NCBI GenBank assembly: GCA_963663765.2
Contig: CAXXUA010000005.1
Coordinates: 1,759,874-1,823,873 of the forward strand
DNA length: 64,000 bases
Direction: 5' to 3'
From: Candidatus Poribacteria bacterium
GTDB lineage: Bacteria > Poribacteria > WGA-4E > WGA-3G
Below are positions 41,657 to 52,607 of the stretch, in pieces. The position numbers were made by a program, and so were the translations under genes. Positions within the stretch are counted from its first letter, which is position 1. The number at the start of each line of letters is the position of its first letter. A model generated the notes under the pieces. The model ran no database searches and was not told the origin of the DNA. It saw only the letters and a list, made by a program, of their open reading frames with translations.

Positions 41657-44600
41657 TTAAGCCTTTGGTAGTGTATAAACACCCCAACGTACTTTTGCGA
41701 TGGCACCGGTATCCACAAGGCGACCAAGTTCATTCTTGATGGCTTTCGGGTGCCCCTCAATAGCCTCAATAAATTCTGCTGTTCGCTTCTCTCCATCGGA
41801 GAGCAGCGATAATATTTGCTGTCGGAAAGGAATACGGAGTGGGGCGCCGCCTCTGAGTTTTTGCAAAACTCGGTTCGCTTGTCTTGAAGAACACCCCAAG
41901 ATGCGTTCCACTTCTTCCCTGCGGGATTCACGGGTTAGATTTGCGCTTTCTGTTTCATATTGTTCACGTACTGCTATCACATCAGGAAGTTTTTCAAGAC
42001 CACCAGCAATTTCAAAATCTTCCCAGTCAAAAAGTAGGGTTTCAACCCTATCAGTGATTTGGGGTAGTTTCAAACTGGAGATTAAGACAATCTTTTTATT
42101 TGGGAAGCGGTTCAACTTCACACGTTGGAAAACCTTTCTGAGTAATGGGATAGCACTTTGTTCAAAAACACTTTGTACACGTGCATCTTTATAGCAACCA
42201 GAATCTATATCTTCGTCGTAGGAAAGAGGTTCTTTGTCGTTTCCAAATAGAATCTGAGACCGCCCCCAAATTATATTGTGTTCTGGTTGCGGTGTCCCAA
42301 TTATCCAAACAACATCTGCCTCTTTGATAGTGGGTGAAAACTCTTTCGTATTAAAGAAATTCGTAACGATACAAACATTTTCCTTTTTAGCAAAATTTCT
42401 CAAAAGTGAAGCAGTAGACTTGTAAGTAATAATTGCGTGCTTAATGTTCGGGTCCTTCTCAATTTCAGTTAAGATACCGTTGAAGAAACGTTGTCCAGTT
42501 TTGGACATCCCGACGAAGTCTAAGTTTCCATTGTAATCTAAAATCGCTTTCTGAGGATAGAGTCCAGTTCGAAGTTGAAAAACATTGCTACCGGGCATCC
42601 ATGTGCTCGGTTCAGTGCGGTGTACCTCTATTCGCTCATCTGGAAATGTCCTGCGCAAATGTTCAACTGAGAGAGTTTCCGAAAGTAACATGAGACGTTT
42701 GACGGTAGGATGTATGATTGGGGGCACCCAGAACTTTAGTGCCATACCGGTCCATCGAATCGGTGCGTCCGCGTCCCTTGTATAGTGTGAAAAGAAATTA
42801 TTGAGTTGATGCAGATAAGTCCAGTTCTTATTCAGACAAGTTGTCGGTAATTTCTCTATATCCTCAACCGTTTCTACGGAAAAGATTCCTAAGTCAATGG
42901 CTTGTGACATCGGCATCAGGATTTTTGTATCTTCGTTGAGCGCAAATCGTTTGAATCTAAAAACAGGTTCTTGCTTTTCGGTAAGTTTTTCTTCAGCACT
43001 TTCATCAATAGGAATATATGCAAGCGCACCACCGTCAAATTTCATACCAAAACGTGCTAAATGCTTACCCGAGTCTGGATCAACATAACCGTGTTCTACG
43101 ACTTTACCCCATACATTGACTTGACACATCTGCTTAATAAGTCGCTCTTGCTGCCATTCAAATGCCTGTATTACAGCACGTATCCGTTTGACAGCAGCCG
43201 CATGGGGAATATCTTTAATTTCTACGGCATGTAATAACGCCTTAGCAAAGTTTCCCAACGCACTTCCTTTCCAGATTGTACACCACTCCTGCAATAGGTT
43301 CTTCGTTAATATACATTCAAGGAACAAACTGTACGCTTGCTTTCTATCAATGACACAAAGTCTTTCCATGTCATCCATCTGTTTGAGGTAGTCGTCAGCA
43401 GTTTCTGCGTATTGTGGGTCGAAAAAGAGTTCGGGAAGTGATAGTATCTGCGTCTTAGCGCGTCTTAATGAGGAGGGTTGTGATAAAAATCCACGCTTTT
43501 GACATTCTGTATAGACTGGACATCTTGGACAAATGCTGGTACGCGCATCCCCACCTTTTTCCTCAATCGCTTCACACCGCTCAGGGTCCTCACATACATT
43601 CCCGAGTTGGAAGGGGGTTGCCATACGCACGTCAACCGGTATCTGTTTTACCTGCTCCCACAGGTATGACCGGGGTTTTCAGCGTTGATACAATTCAAGA
43701 TTTCGGTTCTCGTATTGATTTTCTAACTTCTCTGCATTCTTGTAAGTACGTAAGTTTAGGCAGGTTGCTCCACCGTTACGGACATAAGATTCAGTATCAT
43801 GACTATTCTCTGTCCCACCTTCGGCAATCACACCGAGAATGCGACATGCCTGTTCAAATATTTTCTGATCCGTATTATCTTCTTTTGATGTATCAACCTT
43901 TTTTATTGGTTGATCTGACTTATTCAATAGTGAAGCAGAACGTTTTATCGCTAATGGACTAAGTTGTCCGTTACGCACAGCAAGCATGGATTCAGTTATT
44001 GACATATCAATAGGAGGTTCTAATGGTATAATACCGGTATCGTCCCATACTTCTGTTATTTCCGTTGAAATCGTCGGTACGTCTATACCAGTACCTGTTG
44101 CTCGAATCCACACGACGCCTTCACTTTCCCATAGTAGTATGTAATTTTTCCGTTCTCCACTGTTAGTTGGGGACCAGAGATGTGAACCATTTTGATCACA
44201 AACATAAGAATAACCACGTTTCACAAATGCCTCTTTTGCATGATCAAGGTTGAGTGAACCGAGGGACAACGGAACATCAGCAACCAGTTCCTTCTGTTTT
44301 AGTTTCTTCGGAGTAGGTTCATGGAGTACAACACGAAGTGCATCAATAGGTGCAAAGACGACTTCTTTGTCAATGACAGGGGGATCTAAGAGGTTACCAA
44401 GAAGCACTTCATAACGTGCATCCCAACGACTATAACCCTCTTTACCAACTATTTTAAGATATACATCGTGTTCGTGTGGATTATCCGTTGTCGGTTTATG
44501 TTGATAAATATACAACTGAGATTCGTTGCTATTTGAATGCAGGTAATCTGGTATCCTGCATGTAAAGCGCAAACCACCAGATTTTGTCATCGTCAATAAT

Positions 44601-45043
44601 GGGTTCGGAACAGCGTCAATAAGCACTTCAAGACATTTCAGAATCTCATCGGGAACGGTACATAAGGCTTTATATGTAAAATTGAAGTCGTGCCACTGTG
44701 CCCCATCGCGTTCAGAGGGAATACCAGTATAAACTTGAATCCCCCAGGCATCGTGCCAACGTCGCATACCCCAATCCTCTATACCTTGTCGTTTTAAAAA
44801 ACGTTCGCCTCCTAATTCTCTCGGTCCCCGATCATTTTCAGGGGCACGTCCTATAGGCATAAATGAGATATTCGCTTCTTCTAAGTTCGCCAATACAACA
44901 GGATATTTGTATGCACAATGCACTGTAACATGGTACGGATGTCCCATATTATAAAGTGCAGGTGTTACCAATGTCTTACGCTGCCGAAGTGATTTTTTGT
45001 GTCGTTCGTGAGAACGTTGAAGAATATCTTGTATGGTATCCAT
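41657..45043 (-). pseudogene. Large (1128-codon) protein with primase-polymerase-like N-terminus, Cys cluster and C-terminal HTH; one in-frame TGA at 43681-43679 (nonsense mutation or recoding)
   Basis: ORFs 43679..45043 and 41657..43630 share a frame, joined by 16 sense codons KPRSYLWEQVKQIPVD. WGIQVYTG...DFNF...T.SGGLRF resembles Prim-Pol motifs; C.D..RC...CPRCP...C cluster; wHTH-like end. Confidence 0.6.
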
Positions 45044-45450
45044 AATATAAAGTAATGTTATGAAAATTTAAGTTGTAAATATACTATAACTTTCAAATTA
45101 ATTCTCGTTGTCCTGATAATACTATATTAAAAGTATAACATTAATTATAAATTTAATCAAATACTTTTTTCGGTTTTTATAATTTTTGCCCCAATGCGTC
45201 AATCTATAATTTATATGTTTGACCGTATTGAATTGCAAGTTGTGAAATAAGATTGTATAACTTCCCACTTATTATACGATTACTATCGCTGATTCGTTAC
45301 AACCTATTGATATTTATGGCGAATCACGCATGGTTTTCTACATGATTCACTATAATACCCAGGGCATGTCTAAACGGCATTCATATTGTTGATTTACTTT
45401 TACTGGTCATGACCGGAAGGTCGCGCCTACCCGTGCAAGTGTGTAAAATA

Positions 45451-46379
45451 CAGGACTTACGCACCCAGTTGTAGGCGCGCTTTGTAAGCGCGCCACCCAA
45501 CTGCAGGCGTGCTTTGTCCGCGCGCCACCCAACTGCCTCATAAGCGTCAATTTAAGGTTTTTCACCTCTTGTGGGAGGGGTTTGCAAACCCGATTTTACA
45601 CGCTTTTCCTCTCAAATCGGGGTTCAAAACACCTCCCACAAGAGAAACACCAACACTTTTTTCTTAAATTGACGCCTATGGCGCGCGCCACCCAACTGCC
45701 ACCCAACTGCAGGCGTGCTTTGTCCGCGCACCACCCAACTGCCCCATAAGCGTCAATTTAAGAATTTTCACCTCTTGTGGGAGGGGTTTGCAACCCCGAT
45801 TTTACGCGCTTTTCCTCTCAAATCGGGGTTAAAAACCACTCCCACAAGAGAAACACCAACACTTTTTTCTTAAATTGACGCCTATGGCGCACCACACAAC
45901 TGCCCCATAAGCGTCAATTTAAGGATTTTCACCTCTTGTGGGAGGGGTTTGCAACCCCGATTTTACGCGCTTTTCCTCTCAAATCGGGGTTCAAAACCAC
46001 TCCCACAAGAGAAACACCAACACTTTTTTCTTAAATTGACGCCTATGGCGCACCACCCAACTGCCCCATAAGCGTCAATTTAAGGATTTTCACCTCTTGT
46101 GGGAGGGGTTTGCAACCCCGATTTTACGCGCTTTTCCTCTCAAATCGGGGTTCAAAACCACTCCCACAAGAGAAACACCAACACTTTTTTCTTAAATTGA
46201 CGCCTATGGCGCACCACCCAACTGCCCCCTAACTGCAGGCGTGCTTTGTAAGCGCACCACCCAACTGCCCCCTAACTGCAGGCGTGCTTTGTAAGCGCGC
46301 TGGAAACCGAAAAAATGCTGAAAATTACACAATTATCGTCATAATTCTTCATCAAATCATGAAAACTGCGTAAGTCCTG
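45451..46379. mobile_element. Composite MITE with CAGGACTTACGCA termini containing four 143-bp CATA(A/G)G MITEs and GCAGGCGTGC REPs
   Basis: 13-bp perfect TIR CAGGACTTACGCA/TGCGTAAGTCCTG; internal MITEs separated by about 19-bp GCGCACCACCCAACTGCCC repeats. Confidence 0.8.
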
Positions 46380-46596
46380 AAATTATTCCTAAATCTAACA
46401 AAATTTGATATTTTATTAATTTAATTTGACATTTCTGGTGAAAGAAGGTAATATTATAACAATAAGACTTAATTATTTATTTTATGGATTTATATGACTT
46501 TAGTCTTATTATGGTTATTTTTGTCAGGTATTCATGTGTTCTTAGTGTCATCAACTTTCAAGCAATAGTTTAAGTATATAGTCGGAGGCATCATGA

Positions 46597-47817
46597 ATGA
46601 ATAGTTTTTCCATAATATTTCTTGTTATTATCATACTCATCAATCTTTGCGGGTGTAATGATAGTATTGACTTGATATCGAAACCAATAATGAACGAAAG
46701 CATAGTTGTAGTTCAAAACATAGCTGATAATTACACATCACCTTTAGGAGCATTACCCTACAATCACCAGACTGCTTTTGCAAGTGGTGAGCAAACGTTT
46801 CTAAAGATTTTTACTCCGGAAGAAGGTTTGGGACCAGTTTTTAATAATACCGGATGTGTCAGTTGTCACCCATCAAATGGACGCGGAACACCAGACTTGA
46901 TCCTCATCCGATTTAGTATCGGGGATGATCTCATGCTTGATATGGGAGGACCTCAGTTTCAAGACAAAGCTATACCCGATGTCCCTTACGAAATGCTTCC
47001 CATCGGTGTAGACAAATCACCAAGACTTCCCCCACCTGTTTTTGGGATGGGTCTTATTGAAAGCATCCCTGTTGAGACCATTTTAGCAAATGCTGACGAA
47101 GATGACGCTGATGGTAATGGGATCTCTGGGAGACCCCACTGGGTAACAGCACCTGACTATGTACCAGTGACCGAAGTTGGGGGTGGACAAGGACAACAAC
47201 TTGGTAGATTCGGAAGAAAGGCTTCCGTTTCCTCACTTCTTCAGCAGATCGCACAAGCTTTTCATCAAGACATTGGTATAACAAGCGGTTTTCTTCCTAT
47301 TGAGCATTCCTCTGTTGGAGACAAGGTTTCCGATCCAGAGATTGAAAATACTGATGTCATGAACACAGTCATCTTTATGCGATTTATTGCCCCTCCACCA
47401 CGAGGTGAAATTACACCAGAAGTTAAAAGCGGAGAAATACTATTCTCGGAAATAAAGTGTGCATCATGTCACGTACCGACGATGCAAACAGGTCCAACCA
47501 ACATTCCTGCTTTCGACGAAGTAGATGTCCACATCTACTCTGACCTGCTTTTGCATGATATGGGTGAGGAGTTAGCAGATAACAGACCCGACGGTGATGC
47601 TAACGGGAGAGAATGGCGAACTGCACCGCTTTGGGGCACTCGCTTAGTGGCGGATTTCCTCAGCGGTACTCCATTTTTTCTTCACGATGGACGTGCAACC
47701 ACACTTCAATCTGCAATCAGAGCACACGGTGGTGAAGCACAAAAATCCAAAGAAGCGTTTTTTAACCTCTCAGAATCTGACCAACAAGCGGTTATTGATT
47801 TTATAAACTCACTATAA
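46597..47817 (+). CDS. Di-heme oxidoreductase (DHOR-family) c-type cytochrome lipoprotein
   Basis: GLGPVFN..GCVSCH, P.VFGMGL.E.IP, GISGR, GRFG.KA, CASCH, SDLLLHDMG, WRTAPLWG, LHDGRA; lipobox LCGC. Confidence 0.9.
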   Translation: MNSFSIIFLVIIILINLCGCNDSIDLISKPIMNESIVVVQNIADNYTSPLGALPYNHQTAFASGEQTFLKIFTPEEGLGPVFNNTGCVSCHPSNGRGTPDLILIRFSIGDDLMLDMGGPQFQDKAIPDVPYEMLPIGVDKSPRLPPPVFGMGLIESIPVETILANADEDDADGNGISGRPHWVTAPDYVPVTEVGGGQGQQLGRFGRKASVSSLLQQIAQAFHQDIGITSGFLPIEHSSVGDKVSDPEIENTDVMNTVIFMRFIAPPPRGEITPEVKSGEILFSEIKCASCHVPTMQTGPTNIPAFDEVDVHIYSDLLLHDMGEELADNRPDGDANGREWRTAPLWGTRLVADFLSGTPFFLHDGRATTLQSAIRAHGGEAQKSKEAFFNLSESDQQAVIDFINSL

Positions 47818-48079
47818 ATTGTAAAACCATACCACACTTCAACTCATTTGGATAAGTATGGGATTTGTAAATGACTCATGCACCTCGCTCTGGGAGAGGC
47901 GAGAAATGCCAAAATCACACAAAACACTTTATGTGCATTTTTAGTGTGATTACATCATCTCTCGAATAACTAATTCATTAGAGTAGTTATTCCTCCTTGC
48001 GGGGGAAATGTGAATCCCCCGCACTTACCGATATAATTGTATAAATTGGAATTATATGATAAATGAATTCTGTGTAGAT

Positions 48080-48480
48080 CAGGGTTATTTAGTTTTAGTA
48101 GTTTTTGCAGATATTTATAACATTCGTGAATTAGATGCGTAGGTCGGGTAGAGCGATAGCGAAACCCATAGGTGTCAACTTAAGAAAAAAGTGTTGGCAT
48201 ATTCTCTTGTGGGAGGGGTTTGTAACCCCGATTTGAGTGGAAATGAACATAAAATCGGGGTTGAAAACCCCTCCCACAAGATGTCAAAATCCTTAAGTTG
48301 ACACCTATGGGTAGAACGATAGCGAAACCCGACATGTATTGATTGTAGTTGTCATGTCGGGTTTCGCTATCGCTCTACCCGGGGAATGCCAATAAGGCAT
48401 TCATACCGTTGATTTGGACCTACGATATAAACTTTAAGTAACACCCATCAACTGATAATTCTTAAAACTAAATAACCCTG
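48080..48480. mobile_element. 401-bp ISAs1-type MITE with 9-bp target duplication, containing a nested 143-bp MITE and REPs
   Basis: TIRs identical to the ISAs1 ends; TGTGTAGAT at 48071-48079 and 48481-48489. Confidence 0.9.
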
Positions 48481-48491
48481 TGTGTAGATGC

Positions 48492-49406
48492 TTACAGCGG
48501 TAATCGCAATTGGTCAGTGTAGCACCTAATCCGATCGTTTGCTAAATTGATATATTCTTCTTCATTATCATATCCGATATAATGTCTATCAGATTTCAAA
48601 GCACTCAAACAGGTCGTACCACTGCCACAGAAGGGGTCTAAAACCACATCCCCTACGAAGGAATATAACTGAATTAATCGGTGTGGTAGTTCTTCTGGAA
48701 AAGGTGCTGGATGACCGATACGTTTGGCTGAAACGGATGGAAACGTCCAAACGCTCTTTGTCCATTCCAAGAATGCCTCTTTACTTATAGAATTTTCTTT
48801 ATCGTCACGTTTACGCGAAAATGTCCCTTTAGAGAATACAAGGATATATTCGTGTACATCTCTTAATACAGGATTCGCCGCGGACAACCAACTCCCCCAT
48901 GCAGTAGAACTTCCCGCACTTGCGGCTTTATCCCAAATAATTTCTCCACGCATGTAATAGCCAATCTCTAACATATCTTCTATGATATGACTGTGCAAGG
49001 GGATATAAGGTTTTCGTCCTAAATTAGCGATATTAATGCACGTCCGACCACCCGTCACCAATTTTCTGTAAGTTTCAGCAAACACAGCACGAAGAAGTTC
49101 TCTATACTCATCTAACGACAAATCGTCATCATACTCCTTTTTCGCATTGTAGGGAGGAGACGTAATCATCAGATGGATGCTGCTATCAGGGATCTGGGAC
49201 ATCTGCTCGCTTGAGGCACAGTAAAGTTGGTCAAGGCTCTCTGCAGGAATCGGATTTTCTTCCCATATTTCTGGTTCTGGTATTCCTTGATCGGCGTAAA
49301 GTTTTCCCTTATAGAATTCACTGGAGTCGTGATTGACTCTTCCGGTAGTTCCGAATGCACTTGTCCTGGTGCCTTGATTACTAATTTCTTTGTTGATTTT
49401 TACCAT
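48492..49406 (-). CDS. Orphan site-specific DNA methyltransferase (N4-C/N6-A, beta class)
   Basis: ITSPPYN precedes VLDPFCGSGTT; HPAPFPEELP; no adjacent restriction gene. Confidence 0.9.
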   Translation of the reverse strand: MVKINKEISNQGTRTSAFGTTGRVNHDSSEFYKGKLYADQGIPEPEIWEENPIPAESLDQLYCASSEQMSQIPDSSIHLMITSPPYNAKKEYDDDLSLDEYRELLRAVFAETYRKLVTGGRTCINIANLGRKPYIPLHSHIIEDMLEIGYYMRGEIIWDKAASAGSSTAWGSWLSAANPVLRDVHEYILVFSKGTFSRKRDDKENSISKEAFLEWTKSVWTFPSVSAKRIGHPAPFPEELPHRLIQLYSFVGDVVLDPFCGSGTTCLSALKSDRHYIGYDNEEEYINLANDRIRCYTDQLRLPL

Positions 49407-49422
49407 AGTTATTACCCGCAAT

Positions 49423-50624
49423 TATAGTGGATTTTAGAATTATTTTTACACTTTCAAGTGTAGGAGCGAACTACGATTCCCGACTGTATTGTCTGTATTG
49501 TAGGAGGGAACTCCGATTCCCGACTATATTGTAGGAGCGAACTCCGATACACGACTATATTGTCTGTATTGTAGGAGGGAACTCCGATACACGACTATAT
49601 TGTCTGTATTGTAGGAGGGAACTCCGATACACGACTATATTGTCTGTATTGTAGGAGCAAACTCCGATACACGACTACTTTTTAGACCCATCAATAGTCC
49701 CGTAGGGACGATATGTTTATAGAAAAACGATGCCATCACAATCTTTAGTCCCGTAGGGACGATATGTTTATAGATAAACGATGCCACCACCTCTTTAGTC
49801 CCGTAGGGACGATATGTTTATAGAAAAACGATGCCATCACAATCTTTAGTCCCGTAGGGACGATATGTTTATAGAAAAACGATGCCATCACAATCTTTAG
49901 TCCCGTAGGGACGATATGTTTATAGAAAAACGATGCCATCACAATCTTTAGTCCCGTAGGGACGATATGTTTATAGAAAAACGATGCCATCACAATCTTT
50001 AGTCCCGTAGGGACGATATGTTTATAGAAAAACGATGCCATCACAATCTTTAGTCCCGTAGGGACGATATGTTTATAGATAAACGATGCCACCACAATCT
50101 TTAGTCCCGTAGGGACGATATGTTTATAAGATGGGGTTCGTACAAACATATCGTCCCTACGGGACTAACGGACGATTGTTCGTGTGTGATCTATAAACAA
50201 ATCCTCCCTACGGGACTGTATATAAGACAATCCCAATAACATTAGGTATTGACAGAGAGTCATAGTAACAGGACTTACGCACCCAACGGTAGGCGCGCTT
50301 TGTAGGCGGGGAATGCCAAAAGGCATTCATACCCGGGGAATACCATAAGGTATTCATACCGTTGATTACTTGATTTGGCGCTGGAAACCGAATGTTTATA
50401 GATAAACGATGCCACCACAATCAATAGTCCCGTAGGGACGATATGTTTATAGAAAACAAGTACCCTTCCCAGTTCTTTAGTCCCGTAGGGACGATATGTT
50501 TATTCTTCTATGTCGTTCCTACGGAACTCAAGAGAGGGTGATTACACCTATCTATAAACATTACGTCCCTACGGGACTAAAGAGAACAAAAGTTTGTACC
50601 TCTGTGCAAAAACTTTACACACCC
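49423..50624. repeat. Composite REP/MITE block with a 54-bp tandem array
   Basis: GTAGGAGGGAACTCCGAT units at 49460-49676; AGTCCCGTAGGGACGATATG units at 49696-50165; ISKra4-like end at 50624. Confidence 0.85.
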
Positions 50625-50813
50625 CTATAATAACTATTTGCTTGAAATCTATTCATTTGTAGTATATAATATCTGATATGAGCAAGAAGGAGAATGGTAG
50701 CATTGCCATATCAGGTGAAGATACCATCGTCATAATAACTTTGACTTTAGGAATATGTATCGCCTACACAGTCTGGCGTGTACCCAAAGAAAATAACTTT
50801 AATACCATTTTAT

Positions 50814-52235
50814 CAAGAATCACGACAAAACCCCTACCTTTAGGTAGTGGGATGTAGTCGTGCTAAGTACTTGTGTCAAGAAAAAACTTGATTTTTGGTT
50901 TAAAACATGAGATACTCATTATACCAGTTCAGTGTAGGTGCTACTAACACCTACACACCTTTAGTAGAGGGAACTGACGTCTTCATAGGACTGGAATATC
51001 ATCATGCTAAAAACACATAAGATTGCATTGAATCCAAATAACAATCAACGCAAATGGTTTGCACAACAGTGTGGCTATGCGAGATTTGCATATAATCATG
51101 CATTAGCAGATTTCAAGTCTGCATTGGCAAATGATGAGTTCTTATCCGCTGCGAAGTTAAACACTCGATTTAATATTGCTAAGAAAGCACATGCTTGGAC
51201 TAAAGATATGGATCAGGTTGTAGCCAATAAAAGCATATTTGGTAACTTGTCTGCTGCGCTTGCGAATTGGGTTGGTAAGCGTGCGAGATTTCCGAAGTTC
51301 AAGAAGCGTGGCAAAAAGGACGCATTCACCACAAATAATCAATCTGTAGAAGTTGAAGGTAAGCGTATCAAACTTCCTAAGATTGGTTGGATTAGAATGT
51401 TTGAATCATTGCGTTTTGTGGGTAAGATTATGAAAGTGACGATCTCAAGGACAGCACATCGTTGGTTTGTATCTATCACCATAGAAACAGAGGACACCGA
51501 AGCAGTTGATAACTCAACGCACCCTGTGATTGGTATAGATGTAGGCATAAACACACTTGCCACATTGAGTGATGGCACGAAATATGATAATCCAAGACCC
51601 CTGAAACGATATGAAAAGAAGTTAGCAAGAGAACAACGTAGATTAAGTAGAAAAGTTTTCAAGTCTAACAACTGGTTCAAACAAAAACACAAGTTAGAAC
51701 GTATCCACTATCGTATCGCTTGTATCCGAAACGATGCACATCATAAAGCAACTACAGAGATTGTCAACCTCGCATCTGTGATCGGTATTGAGACACTCAA
51801 GGTTACTAATATGCTGAAGAACAGAAACCTCGCAAAAGCATTGTCAGATACAGCATTAGGCGGTTTCCTGCTAAAACTCAAGACAAAATCGGAAGTGCGC
51901 GGTATACCTGTCAAAGAAGCAGATCAGTTCTTTGCAAGTAGTAAAACCTGTTCCGGTTGTGGACACCAAAAGAAAGACCTAACACTTTCAGAAAGAATGT
52001 ATCACTGCAGTCAATGTGATGTGTCTATAGATAGAGATGTCAACGCTGCAATAAACTTGAAACCAACTACGGTGGGACACACCGAAAGTCACGCCTGTGG
52101 AGTGCAAATAAGACCTAACGCTGTTCAGGAAAGGGCACGAGACACGGAAGCAGGAAAAGTCGTTTGGAAACAACTCAAACTGTTTCCAATATAAGAACTA
52201 AGAACCCCCATGCTTTAGCTTGGGGAGTATGTCAG
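50814..52235 (+). mobile_element. Non-autonomous IS200/IS605-family (tnpB-only) element
   Basis: Inserted 3' of TTTAT with no duplication; subterminal hairpins CCCCTACCTTTAGGTAGTGGG (left) and CCCCATGCTTTAGCTTGGGG (right); ends in TCAG. Confidence 0.8.
51004..52194 (+). CDS. tnpB: RNA-guided endonuclease TnpB
   Basis: N-terminal HTH (G.ARFAYN), IGIDVG (RuvC-I), IETL (RuvC-II), SSKTCSGCG...CSQC zinc finger, DRDVNAAIN (RuvC-III). Confidence 0.95.
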   Translation: MLKTHKIALNPNNNQRKWFAQQCGYARFAYNHALADFKSALANDEFLSAAKLNTRFNIAKKAHAWTKDMDQVVANKSIFGNLSAALANWVGKRARFPKFKKRGKKDAFTTNNQSVEVEGKRIKLPKIGWIRMFESLRFVGKIMKVTISRTAHRWFVSITIETEDTEAVDNSTHPVIGIDVGINTLATLSDGTKYDNPRPLKRYEKKLAREQRRLSRKVFKSNNWFKQKHKLERIHYRIACIRNDAHHKATTEIVNLASVIGIETLKVTNMLKNRNLAKALSDTALGGFLLKLKTKSEVRGIPVKEADQFFASSKTCSGCGHQKKDLTLSERMYHCSQCDVSIDRDVNAAINLKPTTVGHTESHACGVQIRPNAVQERARDTEAGKVVWKQLKLFPI

Positions 52236-52607
52236 TAAACACGAGTTCTGTTGTTCCATTATTTACACTTATATCTGGAACAATTAATATAATAAAGGAT
52301 CTTATCATGTTGATGTACGCAAAATTGTTTAGAGACAAAGTTCGCCAAGAAGGTATTGAAGAAGGTATTAAACAAGGTATTGAACAAGGTATTAAACAAG
52401 GTGTTAAACAAGGTGTTAAACAAGGTGTTAAACAAGGTATTGAACAAGGTGTTGAACAAGGTATAAACAAAGAACGTCAAAATTGGATAGCGTGGAACAA
52501 GAGACGCGTTGAGGCTGAAGAAAATGGTCAAGAATTTAATGAACCTCCACCGACACATATCATAGATGACATAGAAAATAATTGAATAAACTTAAAATGT
52601 TATTTTC

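Larger units (their letters stand above)
50678..52585 (+). pseudogene. Small membrane protein with (E/K)QG(I/V) repeats, interrupted by an IS200/IS605-family element
   Basis: Removing 50814-52235 gives one 161-aa ORF MSKKENG...NNFNTILLNTSSVVPLF...EGIKQGIEQG... Confidence 0.75.

Noticed and set aside
48492-49406. Restriction-modification system
   Set aside because: The methyltransferase is flanked only by repeats, with no endonuclease or specificity gene
50814-51003. IStron (group I intron plus tnpB) rescuing the interrupted gene
   Set aside because: Only about 190 nt precede tnpB and I cannot identify a group I intron core
52259-52558. Antisense ORFs with LFNT/PCL repeats
   Set aside because: Shadows of the 12-bp (E/K)QG(I/V) coding repeat on the plus strand
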